Of a stretch of 64,000 nt of DNA, positions 12,541 through 24,005 are shown piece after piece. Each line of letters starts with the position of its first letter. Position 1 is the stretch's first letter. This stretch comes from Felis catus (lineage: Eukaryota): contig NC_058368.1 in assembly GCF_018350175.1 (NCBI RefSeq), forward strand, positions 60,822,001 through 60,886,000, in the 5' to 3' direction. Both the position numbers and the translations under genes were made by a program. The notes beneath the pieces were generated by a model. The model ran no database searches, was not told the origin of the DNA, and worked only from the letters and a program-made list of their open reading frames with translations.

Positions 12541-14080
12541 GGAATTCAAGACTTATCATAAAGCTATATTAATCAAGATAGTGTGGTATTAGACAAATAG
12601 ACCAATGGAATAGAATAGGGAGCCCATAATTACACCCACACAAATATTATCAACTGATCTTTGACTAAGAAGCAATGGCAATTCAATAGAAAAAAGATAG
12701 TCTTTCAATGATGATGTAACAACTGTACATCTACATGCAGAACAATGAATGTAGACATGGATAATACACCTTTCAAGAAAAATTACTCAAACTGGATTAC
12801 AGACATAAATTTTAAATGCAAAATTTAAAAAGTGCCCAGAGATAGCATAGGAGAAAACCTAGATGCTTTAAGTTTTGAAAACCTAGGTACATACAATATC
12901 AATATCAAATGCACTTCCATGGGGAAAAAAAAAGTTTGACTTTGTTAAAATGAAAAGCTTCTGCTCTGTGAAGGAGAACAGAAAGACAAGCCATATACTG
13001 AGAGAAAATATTTGAAAACACACATCTGATGGAGGACTTGTATCCATAACGTATAAAGAACCTTTAAGACTCAATAAGAACACAAATAGCCCCCCCCCCA
13101 AAAGGGCAAAAGATCAAAGCAAACATCATGCCAAAGAAGATACACGAATAGAAAAAAAAAAGATATTCAACATTTACGCCATTAAGGAATGGGGAATTGA
13201 ACAATTTAATACCATTACATAGCTATTAGAATGGTTAAAATACAGAATACTGACAACACAAACTGCTGGTGACAGTGTGGAGCCACAGGAATTCTCATTC
13301 ACTGCTGGTAGAGATGCACAATGGAGCAGTCATTTTGGAAGATAGTCTCATAGCTTCTTAGAAAGCAAAACATAACCTTACTATGTGACCCAGCAATTGT
13401 GTTTTTACCCATAGGAGTTGAAAATTTATGGCCATATAAAACCTACACACATATTCATAAGTACTAAAATTTGGTAGTACTCAAAATGTTCTTTAGAAGG
13501 TGAATGGATAAATTGTGGTACATCTATGCATTAGAATATTATTCAGTGCTAAAAATAAAGGAGGTATTAAGCTATTAAAAGACATGGAGAAACTTTAAAT
13601 GAGTATCATTAAGTGAAAGAATACAATCTTAAAGGCTATATACTGTATGACTCTAAGTGCATGACCTTCCGGGAAAATCAAAACTATAGAGAAAACAGAA
13701 CAAACAAACAAAAAAATCAGTGTTACCAGGGTTTGGGTTGAGGAAGGGAGGGATGAATACATAAGACATTTTAGGACAGGCGGAGTTTTCTGTATAATAC
13801 TGTAATGTTGGATATATGATATTACCCATTTGTCAAGACTCATAAATCTATACAAGACTTAAGTGTGAATCTTTCATATAAAGTATGCGTTTTAGTTAAT
13901 AAGAATGTATCAATAATAGTTCATCATTATAGTAAGTGTACCACAGAAACACAACATATTAATAATAAGGGAATCTGTGAGCAGGGCAGGGATGAGAGGT
14001 GGCTTATGGCCACTCTGTCCTTTCTGATTATTTTGTAAAACTAAAATTGCTTTAAAAACAAAGTATATTAATTAAAAAAT
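12541..14080 (+). mobile_element. Ancient L1 (L1MC/L1MB-type), ORF2 C-terminus plus 3'UTR
   Basis: agaccaatggaatagaatag…gatagtctttcaa…ggagaaaacctagatg. 3'UTR motif gtatcaataatagttcatc…gtaccac…aataataaggg, then A-rich end. Confidence 0.85.
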
Positions 14081-14169
14081 ATGACGTTGCTCTGATAGGC
14101 CAGATCAGGATTTATTTGTTCCTTGCAGGGAGGAAATGTGACAAACTAGGAACCTTTATTACCATGACC

Positions 14170-14395
14170 TCATTTAAGCACTCATGATCCAGACCCAGTG
14201 ACTAAATGCTGGTTAGTTTGTGTAATTCTCACAAAAGACTCATGAAGTGGGAACTAATATTACCTCCACGTCACCCGGGGTAGGATATCGAGGCACAGAA
14301 AGGTTAAGGAGTTTAATCAGTCCCCATTTAATGATGGTTGGTTTGGCCAGACCCTGGGTTTATTATGTTTGAGTCTGAGTTGGCTAAGCACTTAC
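14170..14395 (-). mobile_element. MIR SINE abutting the CpG island
   Basis: aattctcacaaaagactcatgaagtggg…gaggcacagaaaggttaag. Confidence 0.6.
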
Positions 14396-14404
14396 CCCTG
14401 AGCT

Positions 14405-15120
14405 TGCGTGCTGCTAGTCACACCGCGATGCATGCTGGATGGGGGCGGGCCTCACGAAGTACTGCCACCTGGCTACTTGCTGTAAGGGTGTCCGGCCGAG
14501 GCACCTGGCACCTGCCCTTAGCCCCAGCTGGCCTCAATTACCTGGCTGCCAGGAGACAAAGACCTCGTGTGCCTCCCGTGCCACGACCTCCACGTGCAGC
14601 CCTTGGGCGGGGGCAGGGCATGGCGCAAGGCATATCGGGAGCCCCTCCCCAGAGCCCAGGAGTCTATTAATTGGCGGCGTGAGGGAAGGAGGGAAACGCT
14701 CCCCTCGAGGTGCGGCCGGCTGAGCAGGTGAAGGTCCGGCAGCCACAGCCCTGACTATGGTTCAGAGAAGGCGGTAGCGTTGAACCTGTCCTCTCCAAGA
14801 CCCAGCGCAGAGGCCTAAGGGTAGGTGCTAACGACCCCCTCCAGACCTAGGCAGGGTGGGGAACGCGGGCCGGGCTCTGGTGCGGAAAGCGTGGGAGGCC
14901 GTGTGGGGATGTATGGGTCTGGGCTCCCGCCGCAAAGAGTGGACTTTTACGACCTCTGAAAGCCGCCTCTGTGGTGTACGTGCTTTAGGTTCCTTTCCCG
15001 CTAGTGAATTGCCCTGTAGGCCAGGTTTGTGCTGAAGTTACTCCCAGCTTCGGGTCTTTGCACACAATGTGTGCCCGGCTCCCGCATACGTCTGTAGCAT
15101 TATTTGTGATAAGCGTGACG
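14405..15120. promoter_or_regulatory. CpG island / probable promoter
   Basis: About 43 CpGs counted by eye in 720 bp of GC-rich sequence against an AT-rich, CpG-poor background. GC boxes at ~14442 and 14605, E-box CACGTG at 14591, TATTAA at 14665, ATTGG (reverse CCAAT) at 14670. Confidence 0.85.
14680..14820 (+). other. Candidate non-coding first exon of a plus-strand gene (start position is a guess)
   Basis: Donor AGG|GTAGGT at 14820/14821 within the CpG island, with an alternative CAG|GTGAAG at 14727/14728. Confidence 0.45.
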
Positions 15121-15353
15121 ATATCTGGGATTCATAGAGTTTTTGCCCTGTCTGAGCTATAAACTTTGGCTTCCCAGTAGGAGTACTGCTGTTGCCCACC
15201 TTGATCTCTAGATTGATAGGATTCAGGAGTGCAGCTCCTTTCCCAGATTCTTCTAACTTGGGAAGATGAGAAGTTTGTAATGCGAGTTCCAGGGACAGGA
15301 ACTTGGCAGAAAATAGATGTATTAGTTGCGCTTTGGTTAAGAAATGTTTTATA

Positions 15354-15550
15354 GGGGCGCCTGGGTGGCTCAGTCGGTTAACCGTCCGACTTCGGCTCAG
15401 GTCATAATCTCCCAGTTGGTGAGTTCAATGTACTGACAGCTCAGAGCCTGAAGCCTGCTTCAGATTATGTGTCTCCCTCTCTCTTTGTCCCTCTGCCGCT
15501 CATACTGTCTCTGTGTCTCTCTCTCTCAAAAATACTAAAAAAAAAATCTT
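15354..15550 (+). mobile_element. Can-SINE with internal deletion
   Basis: SINE head and tail; flanking direct repeat aaatgttttata. Confidence 0.93.
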
Positions 15551-15829
15551 TAAAAATGTTTTATAGAATAGGTAGAAATTCTTGACTTTTTTTTTTTTTT
15601 AACACTAACAGGACTTTAGGAGAGAAGTTGGTACATTGTGCCAACCGAGTGTTACATTTTAGGGCATTTTGCCTAGGATCTTGGATTCTTCTAATGTGCA
15701 AACTAGTGAATGGTATTGGAGGATTAGTTCTAAAATCTTGATTCTAGCAACTCTGTAAACAAGTGATTCACAATACTTAAGATACCAGATGACAGCTGGC
15801 TCTTCCTCTTTAAAATGAATTGCAACCCT

Positions 15830-16030
15830 GGGGCACTGGGTGGCTGAGTCGGTTGAGCCTTCCACTTGGGCTCAGGTCATGGTCTCACCAGCTCTGTTGG
15901 TGAATTTGAGTCCTGTGTCAGGCTCGCTGCTGTCAGCCTGTCGGCACAGAACCCACTTAGGCTCCTCTGTACCCCCTCTCTCTCTGCTCCTGCCCTGCTT
16001 TCACGCTCTCAAAAATAAATATAAAAAAAC
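15830..16030 (+). mobile_element. Can-SINE
   Basis: SINE head and tail; flanking direct repeat caaccct. Confidence 0.93.
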
Positions 16031-16814
16031 AAACAACCCTTCCCCCTTTCAGGTACTGCATTTTGGGGTGCTCGAGGAGTTGGGTTCTCCATGGAATAAA
16101 GTCTTTCATATGCAAAATGCCAACCAGTAAAACTGATTCCTTTCAGGTGACAGTAATCAGTGAGCCACTTAGGTCAAGTGGATGCATCTTGGTGGCCCCA
16201 GTCTTGTATCGTTACTAACTTATGCCCTTATTAATCTTCAAAAGGCTAACAAATTTTGAAAGACCACTTTTCGTTTGTATTAAGAAAGATTAATATCGGT
16301 CTTACCCTTTTCCTGTTTGAACAATTCAGATAAACTCCTAATGGTGAAATTCAGAATTCTCCCTTGTTCTAGATTTGGAGTGAAGGGAAATCCTTCAAGA
16401 CTTAAGAATTCAAAGCTTTTTCAAATGCTAATTGGAAACTGTCTTGAAGTCTTCAGGTTCACTTTCTAAGTGAAGGAAGTTCCTAGATTTTATCTGATGA
16501 GAAAACATAGCACCTGTCTTAGCAGCTAAAATACCAATTCTAGGCTGCAGGTGTTTGTGAATAGGTTCCTAGGTGCTGCAAAGGAATATGTATTTCAAAA
16601 TCAAGTTGACTCTTGGAGTAGCAGTGCTGGCAAGTAGATGTGAACTCAGGGAAAAGACCACTCTCCTCTGCACAGCAGGTACAGTGGGGGCTCACTGTGC
16701 TTTTTCCCTTGTTTTGCTTACTATGGTTGGATTCCTTACCTGTTGGCATCTGTTAATCCCTCTTCCGTATTTGGTGGCCTTCACAGTCCTGTTGACACAG
16801 TAATGGAAGCCAAA

Positions 16815-17200
16815 GTTTCTAGGACTGTCAAAGTGCCACAAAGTGTTTAAAACCACAGACTTATTGTCTCTGTGAAGAGCTAGCAGTCCATAATCAAAGA
16901 ATCAGCAGGCCTCTACTACCTCTGAAGGCTGTAGGGGAGCCTTAGGTGTTTCCTCCTAGCTTCTGGTTGGTATTGGCAATTCCTAGCATTCCTTCATTTG
17001 TATATGTGTCCTTATTTCAGACTCTTGTCATGTGGCTTTCCTCTCTGTGGGTCTGCCTTCTGTAAGGATACCAGCCCTATTGGTTTGGGCCGTCATAATC
17101 TTGCCTTAAAATGATCATATCTGTGAGGACCCTAATTTCGAATTAACACCAAGCACCTGGCTTAGGATTCCACCTATTCTGGCACTGCTACAATTCAACT
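16815..17200 (-). mobile_element. MaLR LTR (MLT1C/D-like)
   Basis: ttaaaaccacagacttattgtctc…ctctgaaggctgtagggga…taaggataccagcc. Confidence 0.7.
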
Positions 17201-18371
17201 CAGAACTCCCTCACTACTGTGCATGCTGGAAGAAGCCTTGCACTGTTCTCTAATTGTAACTGTTCTTTAAAGGGGTTACGAGGATAGGGACCTGACCTGT
17301 GTTTTAACAAAACAAAACAAAAACAAAACACTATGTACCAACCTTCTGCCAGTACTTCAGACACTAGCTTTGTAATGTAGATAACTACAATAAGATAAAA
17401 GATATGTTATCCCTTTATATTGTCACCTAATTCCTTGAACTCCCTGGAAAAGTGATACTAGGCACATTCATAGTACATCATGTGTGTTCTCCTCAATCTT
17501 AGAGCCAATACTTTACTAACACAATTTTTTAAATGTTTCAAGAAACAAATTTATATATTCTACCTGTCTGTAGCCTGGTCTTCAGAGGCCATCTCTTTTC
17601 AGCATGAACTATCTAACGTGATAAATTTTGGACTAGTAAAAACAGTAACCACTAAATGTCTTGGGATAGTAGTATGGGAAGGTTTTTTTTGCCACCCCCC
17701 CCCCCACCATTTCTGTCACGACATTGTTTTAACAGCTATCCACACACCTTTTAAATCTTGATGAGGTTTTGATTGACTAAAATGTGGCCCTTTTCATTTA
17801 TATTGACAATTCTATAAGGTTTTAAAATCTCTTCTGGGAAATATGTAAGGTTTTTATATCCTAAATGTCCTAGGATTTATCTTTTAATAGAGTTCAGTCC
17901 TCTGGTATGTGTCCCACTTGTCTTCTGATAGTCCTTAGTTGGTGAAATACTGTTTGGAGTTTGACCTCATCTACTGATACAGGATTATTAACTAAAGTCT
18001 GTAACTTCTGACTTTCTCTGCTTTCACCTCAATGTCCTTATGTTCCAGGATTCTATTGAAGATCCCATGTTAAGTGGTCTCTTTAGGCTCCTAGAGGAGC
18101 TAGGAGCTGTGACCGTTACTGTTTGGTTCTACATCTGTTGATTCCTGATCACTGTCGAAGCCACTCTGCACGTAGTATCTCCTATTGTCCTCACAATAAC
18201 TGAAGTGGAATTAGGTACACTGCCTGACTGTTCTGCTGCAAAACCTCGAAGATCCCAGTATCAGTAGATGATGGAGCCAAGGATGGAAGCCAGGTCCCTG
18301 GACTCCAAAATCCATGTTTGTATTTGTAGTAACTAGCTCTGTGCCTGCTGCACTAGCCCAGTTCCCAGGTT

Positions 18372-18588
18372 AATTCAAGGTTTCTAAACCTCAGCATTAT
18401 TGGCACTTTCTTTGTTATGGGAGGGCTGTTTGTAGGATGTGCAATGTCCTCCCTAACTTCTACCTACCCCCCCCATTAGTATCGCTCCCACCTTTCTCAG
18501 CCTTCACCAGCCAATAATTGTGACAACCACAAATGTCTCCATACATGGCCATTTATTTCATGGAGATAAAACTGACCACTGAGAACCA
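18372..18588 (-). mobile_element. MER20 (hAT-Charlie)
   Basis: caaggtttctaaacctcagcattattggc…tgtgacaaccacaaatgtctcc…ccactgagaacca. Confidence 0.8.
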
Positions 18589-19384
18589 AGGGGTTAACAT
18601 TTCTAAGATGTGTTTAAGTAGATGACAATACGTAACAAATATTGAAGGGATTGTGTTGAGGCAATTAAATAACTTCTAAACTACAAGGACCTAGGAAAAA
18701 ACATGCATTAGCTCCCAGTTAAAGTTTTGTGGCAAAACATGGGCTAGGACTTATTTAGTCTAAGCCTGAGAATGAATATAGTTGAATAGTTAGGCAGAGT
18801 TCTGTTAACTGTAGGTTAACCTTACATTGGGGTCTAATTTATAATGCATATTGATCTGCTTTTAGGAATGTTAATCTCTCTATTTGAAGTGATTATAGAA
18901 ACTTCTTAAATTTTGCCTTTAGGTAGTATTCACAGGGTGATAATTGCTGACTATGGATCATGGTTGATGCTGATTATCCCCTTGTAACCTTTGACTAAAT
19001 GTAATTGATGTGTCTGCTTTGACTTGATTTTTCAAAGGAATAATTGTGTGTTCCTAGCAAAGATGAATCTTAGTATTGCAAAGGCTACGTTGGTGTTTAA
19101 TATATTAAGCTCCTTATTAAATTTTTTGGTTGAATTCAAACATGTGGGAAGGATGGGTCTTTGCTTCTGAGAAACTATCTTCAAGCAAATAAAACCATGA
19201 GACTGTATTAAATGTTAAGCCTAGTTTTTACATGGCGCCTAACTGCATGTGTAGGGTGCTATATAGCTTAAAATCCTGAGCCTTGTTAGGCCTTTGAAAG
19301 GTTCGTATCTGACAGTCATATTTGTTCCTATGCTTCACTTTTTATTTTGAGAGACAGCACGAGTGGGGGAGGGCTTAAACCTAA

Positions 19385-19617
19385 ACATTAAGGTTTAATG
19401 AGGTTATAAGATGGTGCCTGATTCCGTAGAACTGTTCTTAGAGGAAGAGACACTAGAGAGCTGTCCCAACACACAGACCAAAGACAGGCCCTGGGAAGGC
19501 TGCACATTTCAAGCCATGAAGAGCATTTTCACCAGAAATAAAACTGGCCAGAACCTTGATCTCCTACTTCTAGCCTTAGAGTTTTTGTTACAGCTGCCTG
19601 GGCAGACTAATACTAGG
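19385..19617 (+). mobile_element. MaLR LTR fragment (MLT1)
   Basis: aatgaggttataagatggtgcctgattcc…accttgatctcctacttctagcc…cagactaatac. Confidence 0.65.
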
Positions 19618-20899
19618 ACTAGTTCAATACGAGTTGAACTCGTCACCATTTCCTCAGAATAAGATGAACTATTTCACAGAAGCTCATTAAGATTAAATGA
19701 GGGAGCAGAGCCATAATGACATTGTTGGTACTCCAGTGTTCACTGTCAATAAAATACTTGAAGACCTATTGAACAGATGTTCTTTAAATTCTAGTTACAA
19801 TCTGTAGTATTTAAGGATGTTAGTGTTAGCTTAAAAACAATTTCTATACCCCTTGTAGCTGAAGGTGGTATCATTACAGCTGGGCTGCTTTTGAGGTACT
19901 ATCAAATACCTGCTTCTAGTGCTTTTCTGCAGGGACTAAATGCTGTACCAGTGATAAAACCCACTTGACCTTGATTTATCCAGTTAATTTCTCAATTCTT
20001 GAAACCCCTCACAGGCTATCTGGAAGGCTGGCAAGAATTGCTTTGTTTAGTACTTCCCTACAAAGTATCCTCAGTTAAATATTTTGAAAATTGTAAACAA
20101 TCTTGATCATTTTATACTAAATAGTAATGGGTAAGTGGTAAATCACCCATGTTTTTGGTATTGGGAATATATATGTAGAATAAATGGCTTTGTATGTTAG
20201 TACTTTCATAGTGAGGATGTTAAAATTGCTAGTTATGTAACAATTACACTGTAAGTGAACAGTGTAGAGGTTCACTGCACTCCTTATATTACAACACTGA
20301 GGATTTCCAAGTGATCGACTTAAAATTTATGACTACGACTTAAAATTTGACTAGTACATTCAATGGAGTTTTAATATCCTTCAGGAACTTAGGCTTTCAT
20401 TTTACATTCTATTTTTTCTAGAAAGGTAGGAAGGTTATACATAGCAGTTTAATAATCATTTGATTGTGCTGGTTCATGTTTTCCTTTTAAGACCATCTTA
20501 AGGGCAATAGTAACTTTTCTCTGCCAAAATATCCTAAAAATAAAAGGAGTAGACTCAAAAGGGAGTGTAAAAACCTAGGACCACTGCAGTTTTAGAGGCT
20601 CACTAAAAGGGCAGTTTGTGTGTTTAAAAAAACGAGCAAATTCATCATTAAACTCTACTTCATTGACCTACTAAAAACTAAGGTCAACTTTATTTCTCCT
20701 ATTTTAGTTTTGCCAAATATCAATTTTAAAGTGGAGAATCACATGATAGGAAAAGTTAAGCTTGTTTTCTCATCTGGCTAAAATCTTCATTTCTGGGCCT
20801 GTCCTGTCATTGCAGTAGGTCTTATTTTCAGCAGAAAAAAAAGCATTACCTTACACTATCTTTTTTTAAAAATTTTTAATTCACTTTCAATAAAAACCA

Positions 20900-21088
20900 T
20901 TGGCTAAGCGTCTGGCTTTGGCTCGGGTCATGAGCTCGAAATTCGTGGATTCCAGCCACGCATCAGGCTATGTGCTGTAGCTCAGAGCCTGGAGCCTGCT
21001 TCAGATTCTGTGGTCTGCCCCCGCCCGCTCCCTCCCTCCAAGCTCGTGTGCATGCATGCGCTCTCAAAAATAAAATTGTTTTAAAAAA
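20900..21088 (+). mobile_element. 5'-truncated Can-SINE
   Basis: …ctcagagcctggagcctgcttcagattctgt…ctctcaaaaataaa. Confidence 0.9.
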
Positions 21089-21329
21089 TACTTCTGCATA
21101 ATAGGAACCTTAAAATATTTCTGAAATTATACATAAGATCTATATAGCCAATAAATAACTTGGAGTCTGGTAGACCAGGAGGCCAGATTGCAGTACCAAC
21201 TCCTAAGATTTGGACCTTATGTTTGACCTGTTTTATTCCCTCTAGTAGAGGATACCTCCCTCCTAGATGAAGGTAAACTATGTAAGGCAATTCATGGGGT
21301 GCCTTGCTTGTAACTGACTACCATAGATA

Positions 21330-21725
21330 TGCTCCACTTTGGCCCCATACCCCATGTCCACATTCACTCTGACCTTTCACCTGCTCTTCTCTCTTACCTA
21401 CACCACTCAGGCCAGGAAAGCCCCCTTCTTGCTCTAACAGTACACACCTGCTCAGAGCCTTTACTCTCTGATCTTTTCCCAGTTACCTGCATAACTGTCT
21501 TCCTCATTCCCAGGTTAAAAGGAGATACTACCTTACCAGAAGCCTTTGCTGACCTCTAAAATATCTTCTGTCTGCAGCTTTATTCTCAACACTGATATGG
21601 CACACTGATGTACTGTTCATACCTTCCCACAAAGTATGAGCCCATGGGTCAGGGGCATTTGTTCACTGCTATGCCTTGGCACATAGAACATCATTTGACA
21701 TATAGATAGGTTTTTAATGAATTTA
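21330..21725 (+). mobile_element. L2 3' fragment
   Basis: Pyrimidine-rich L2 body ending …ttgttcactgctatgccttggcacatagaac…aatgaat. Confidence 0.65.
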
Positions 21726-23809
21726 TATTTCTACTAAATCTTTGGGAAAGAAAAACCCACATTTGAGGATAGATTCACAAGACTACCTTATCAAGACAAT
21801 TAGACAAAGGGAAGAAACTATATTCACCTTCTAGGTAAGTATATAATCATCTTCTGGATACTTACAAGATTTATCTACTTATGAAATGATTTGCTTTGTT
21901 ACTTTCTAAACAATAAAACTAAAGTACAGTGAGCTCTTTACTGGCTATGTCCTATAGTCTCTATTCATATTCTATATTTAACAGAAATCACTAAAAATTA
22001 ACCTGTTTTACTTAGTGCGTAAACCATTACTTTGTATAAAGTGGCAGGAGAAAACAAAAAGGCAAGTGGATGGAAGTCAGGATACCATGTTCCTTTCACA
22101 CGACATTAAGGGATTTGGACTTGATTCAGCAGGTGTTGGGGAGGCCACAGAAAGATCTTAAACATGGGATTATATTTCAAAAAGGTCATCCTGGCAGCTT
22201 TATGAGCAGCCTGTTAAAAGCCAGTTATGTCTGTTGTGGTATTGTAGTTTGTAGAACATCAGGGCTAGCTTTATTACAGCATAACTTCTTGACTATAATG
22301 TGAAGCTTATTCTTTAAAAACTGACAATTTTAGAATGAAAAGTAGCCTGAGAAACTAAATTTTACACTACAGAACCCGAATTTGTGCGAGAATCCTCTGT
22401 ATGGTTAAGTGACATGTTCCATATTTGAAGCTAATGCCCAGAGAGGCTGGAGTGACCTGGTCGAGAGAATGCTGCTGGGTTGTGGCAACTGGCTGTCCTG
22501 ATTCTATGGCAATGGACTACGTGATTGTTTTTAAGCTATAAAAGTTAATGGTCTAAGTATAAAGTTAGCCCTTTTCCCCCCTCTTGAAATGTAGCACTTT
22601 GTAAAGTTATCCAGGTGGCATTTTACTAGAAATAGTATCTAATATATAATTGTTCTGGAACTTTGCTTTCCTCTATTCTTGCCTAGCCAAAATCAAATGA
22701 TAGATCACATTTAGAGCTTTAAAATAAGCAACATCACATTGGAAAAATGATGCTCTAGGATTAGAGTCTGGAATCTAGTCCTGGCTGTGACCCTGGGCAA
22801 GTAAATTAGAATTTGAGTCTCCATTCTGAATTTTAAAGAGTGGAGTTTGAATTTTGATGTTCTTCTCAGAACTCAATACAGCTTTTGTTATAGCTTAAAA
22901 AAAACTAGGACATTCAACTGAAATTTTTATTGGAGATCCATAACCTAACTATATAAGCTAAAGAATTACCATACTGAGGTGTACAGAAACTCTGGCTGCA
23001 AATATGAGACAGCTAGTAAATTATGTACTATGTTTATTTTTTTTCCTTGTCTTTTAAAATACCCCCACACAGGGAAGATGAGGAGCTCTCTGAAGCAGTT
23101 TACTGCTTGGAACACCTTCCATACCAGATGGTGTTGGACATGAGCAGAAATTTTCCCAACTAACACAACAGACTTAGTGAAAGAAACTTGTTTGTTGCAG
23201 TTAGAAAATATTACAGTAGTAGGAAACCTGTTTACATCCCTTACCTGATTTCATAATGGAATTTCAGAGCTGTTAGGTAAGATCTTACTGAATACCAGAG
23301 TTTGTCTTCTGGGAAAATGCTTATTTTGATGATGTTGGTGAAAATTTCAAGGTAGGCATAGATCTGGATTAATCATCAAATATACAGTGCTTGAATTTTC
23401 TCAAATGACTTTGACCTTTTTTTTCAAATAAGGCTACAAATACAGTCCATGAGTTAAAATTGGTAAACGTGTTCCTTAAATCTAGATCTTTTCTCTCACT
23501 AGTGTATGTGTGTGCATGCTTACTGAATAAACCTGTTAGTTGTCCTCCGTTTCCCTCAGTCTGGATTTTGAGGATTTAAGCTCCTTTATCATTTGTTCCT
23601 TAGGATCTTTCTTGGAAGTTGGTTATTAAAGCTAAAGTGCTTTAACAAGTTTTTAACCAAGCTAATGATTATTTTGGAACTACTGTACTGTCAAGACCTA
23701 GCTGGTAAATAGACAATTATACAACCTAGCAAACTACATAATTACAGTACAATCTTGTAAGAATGAACAATTTCAAACCAAATGGTTAACAAGAGACTGT
23801 ATTTGATCT

Positions 23810-24005
23810 TTTTTTATTTAAATGTTTTATTTTTGAGAAAGAGCGCATGTGAGCGGGGGGAATGGCAGAGAGGACACACAGAATCCGAAACGGCTCCAGG
23901 CTCTGAGCTGTCAGCACAGAGCCTGACACTGGGCTCAAACTCACTAGCTGTGAGATCATGACCTGAGCTGAAGTTATATGCTCAACTGAGCCACCCAGGT
24001 GCCCC
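23810..24005 (-). mobile_element. Can-SINE with TSD
   Basis: Direct repeat tatttgatct on both flanks. Confidence 0.95.

Noticed and set aside
14338-14746. Overlapping 70-110 aa ORFs at the CpG island
   Set aside because: Expected in GC-rich DNA where stop codons are scarce. Some start at non-ATG codons or inside the MIR, and none resembles a known protein.
18932-19045. H/ACA snoRNA interpretation of the double hairpin
   Set aside because: No ANANNA hinge or terminal ACA on either strand and no pseudouridylation pocket. Kept only as an unclassified structure.
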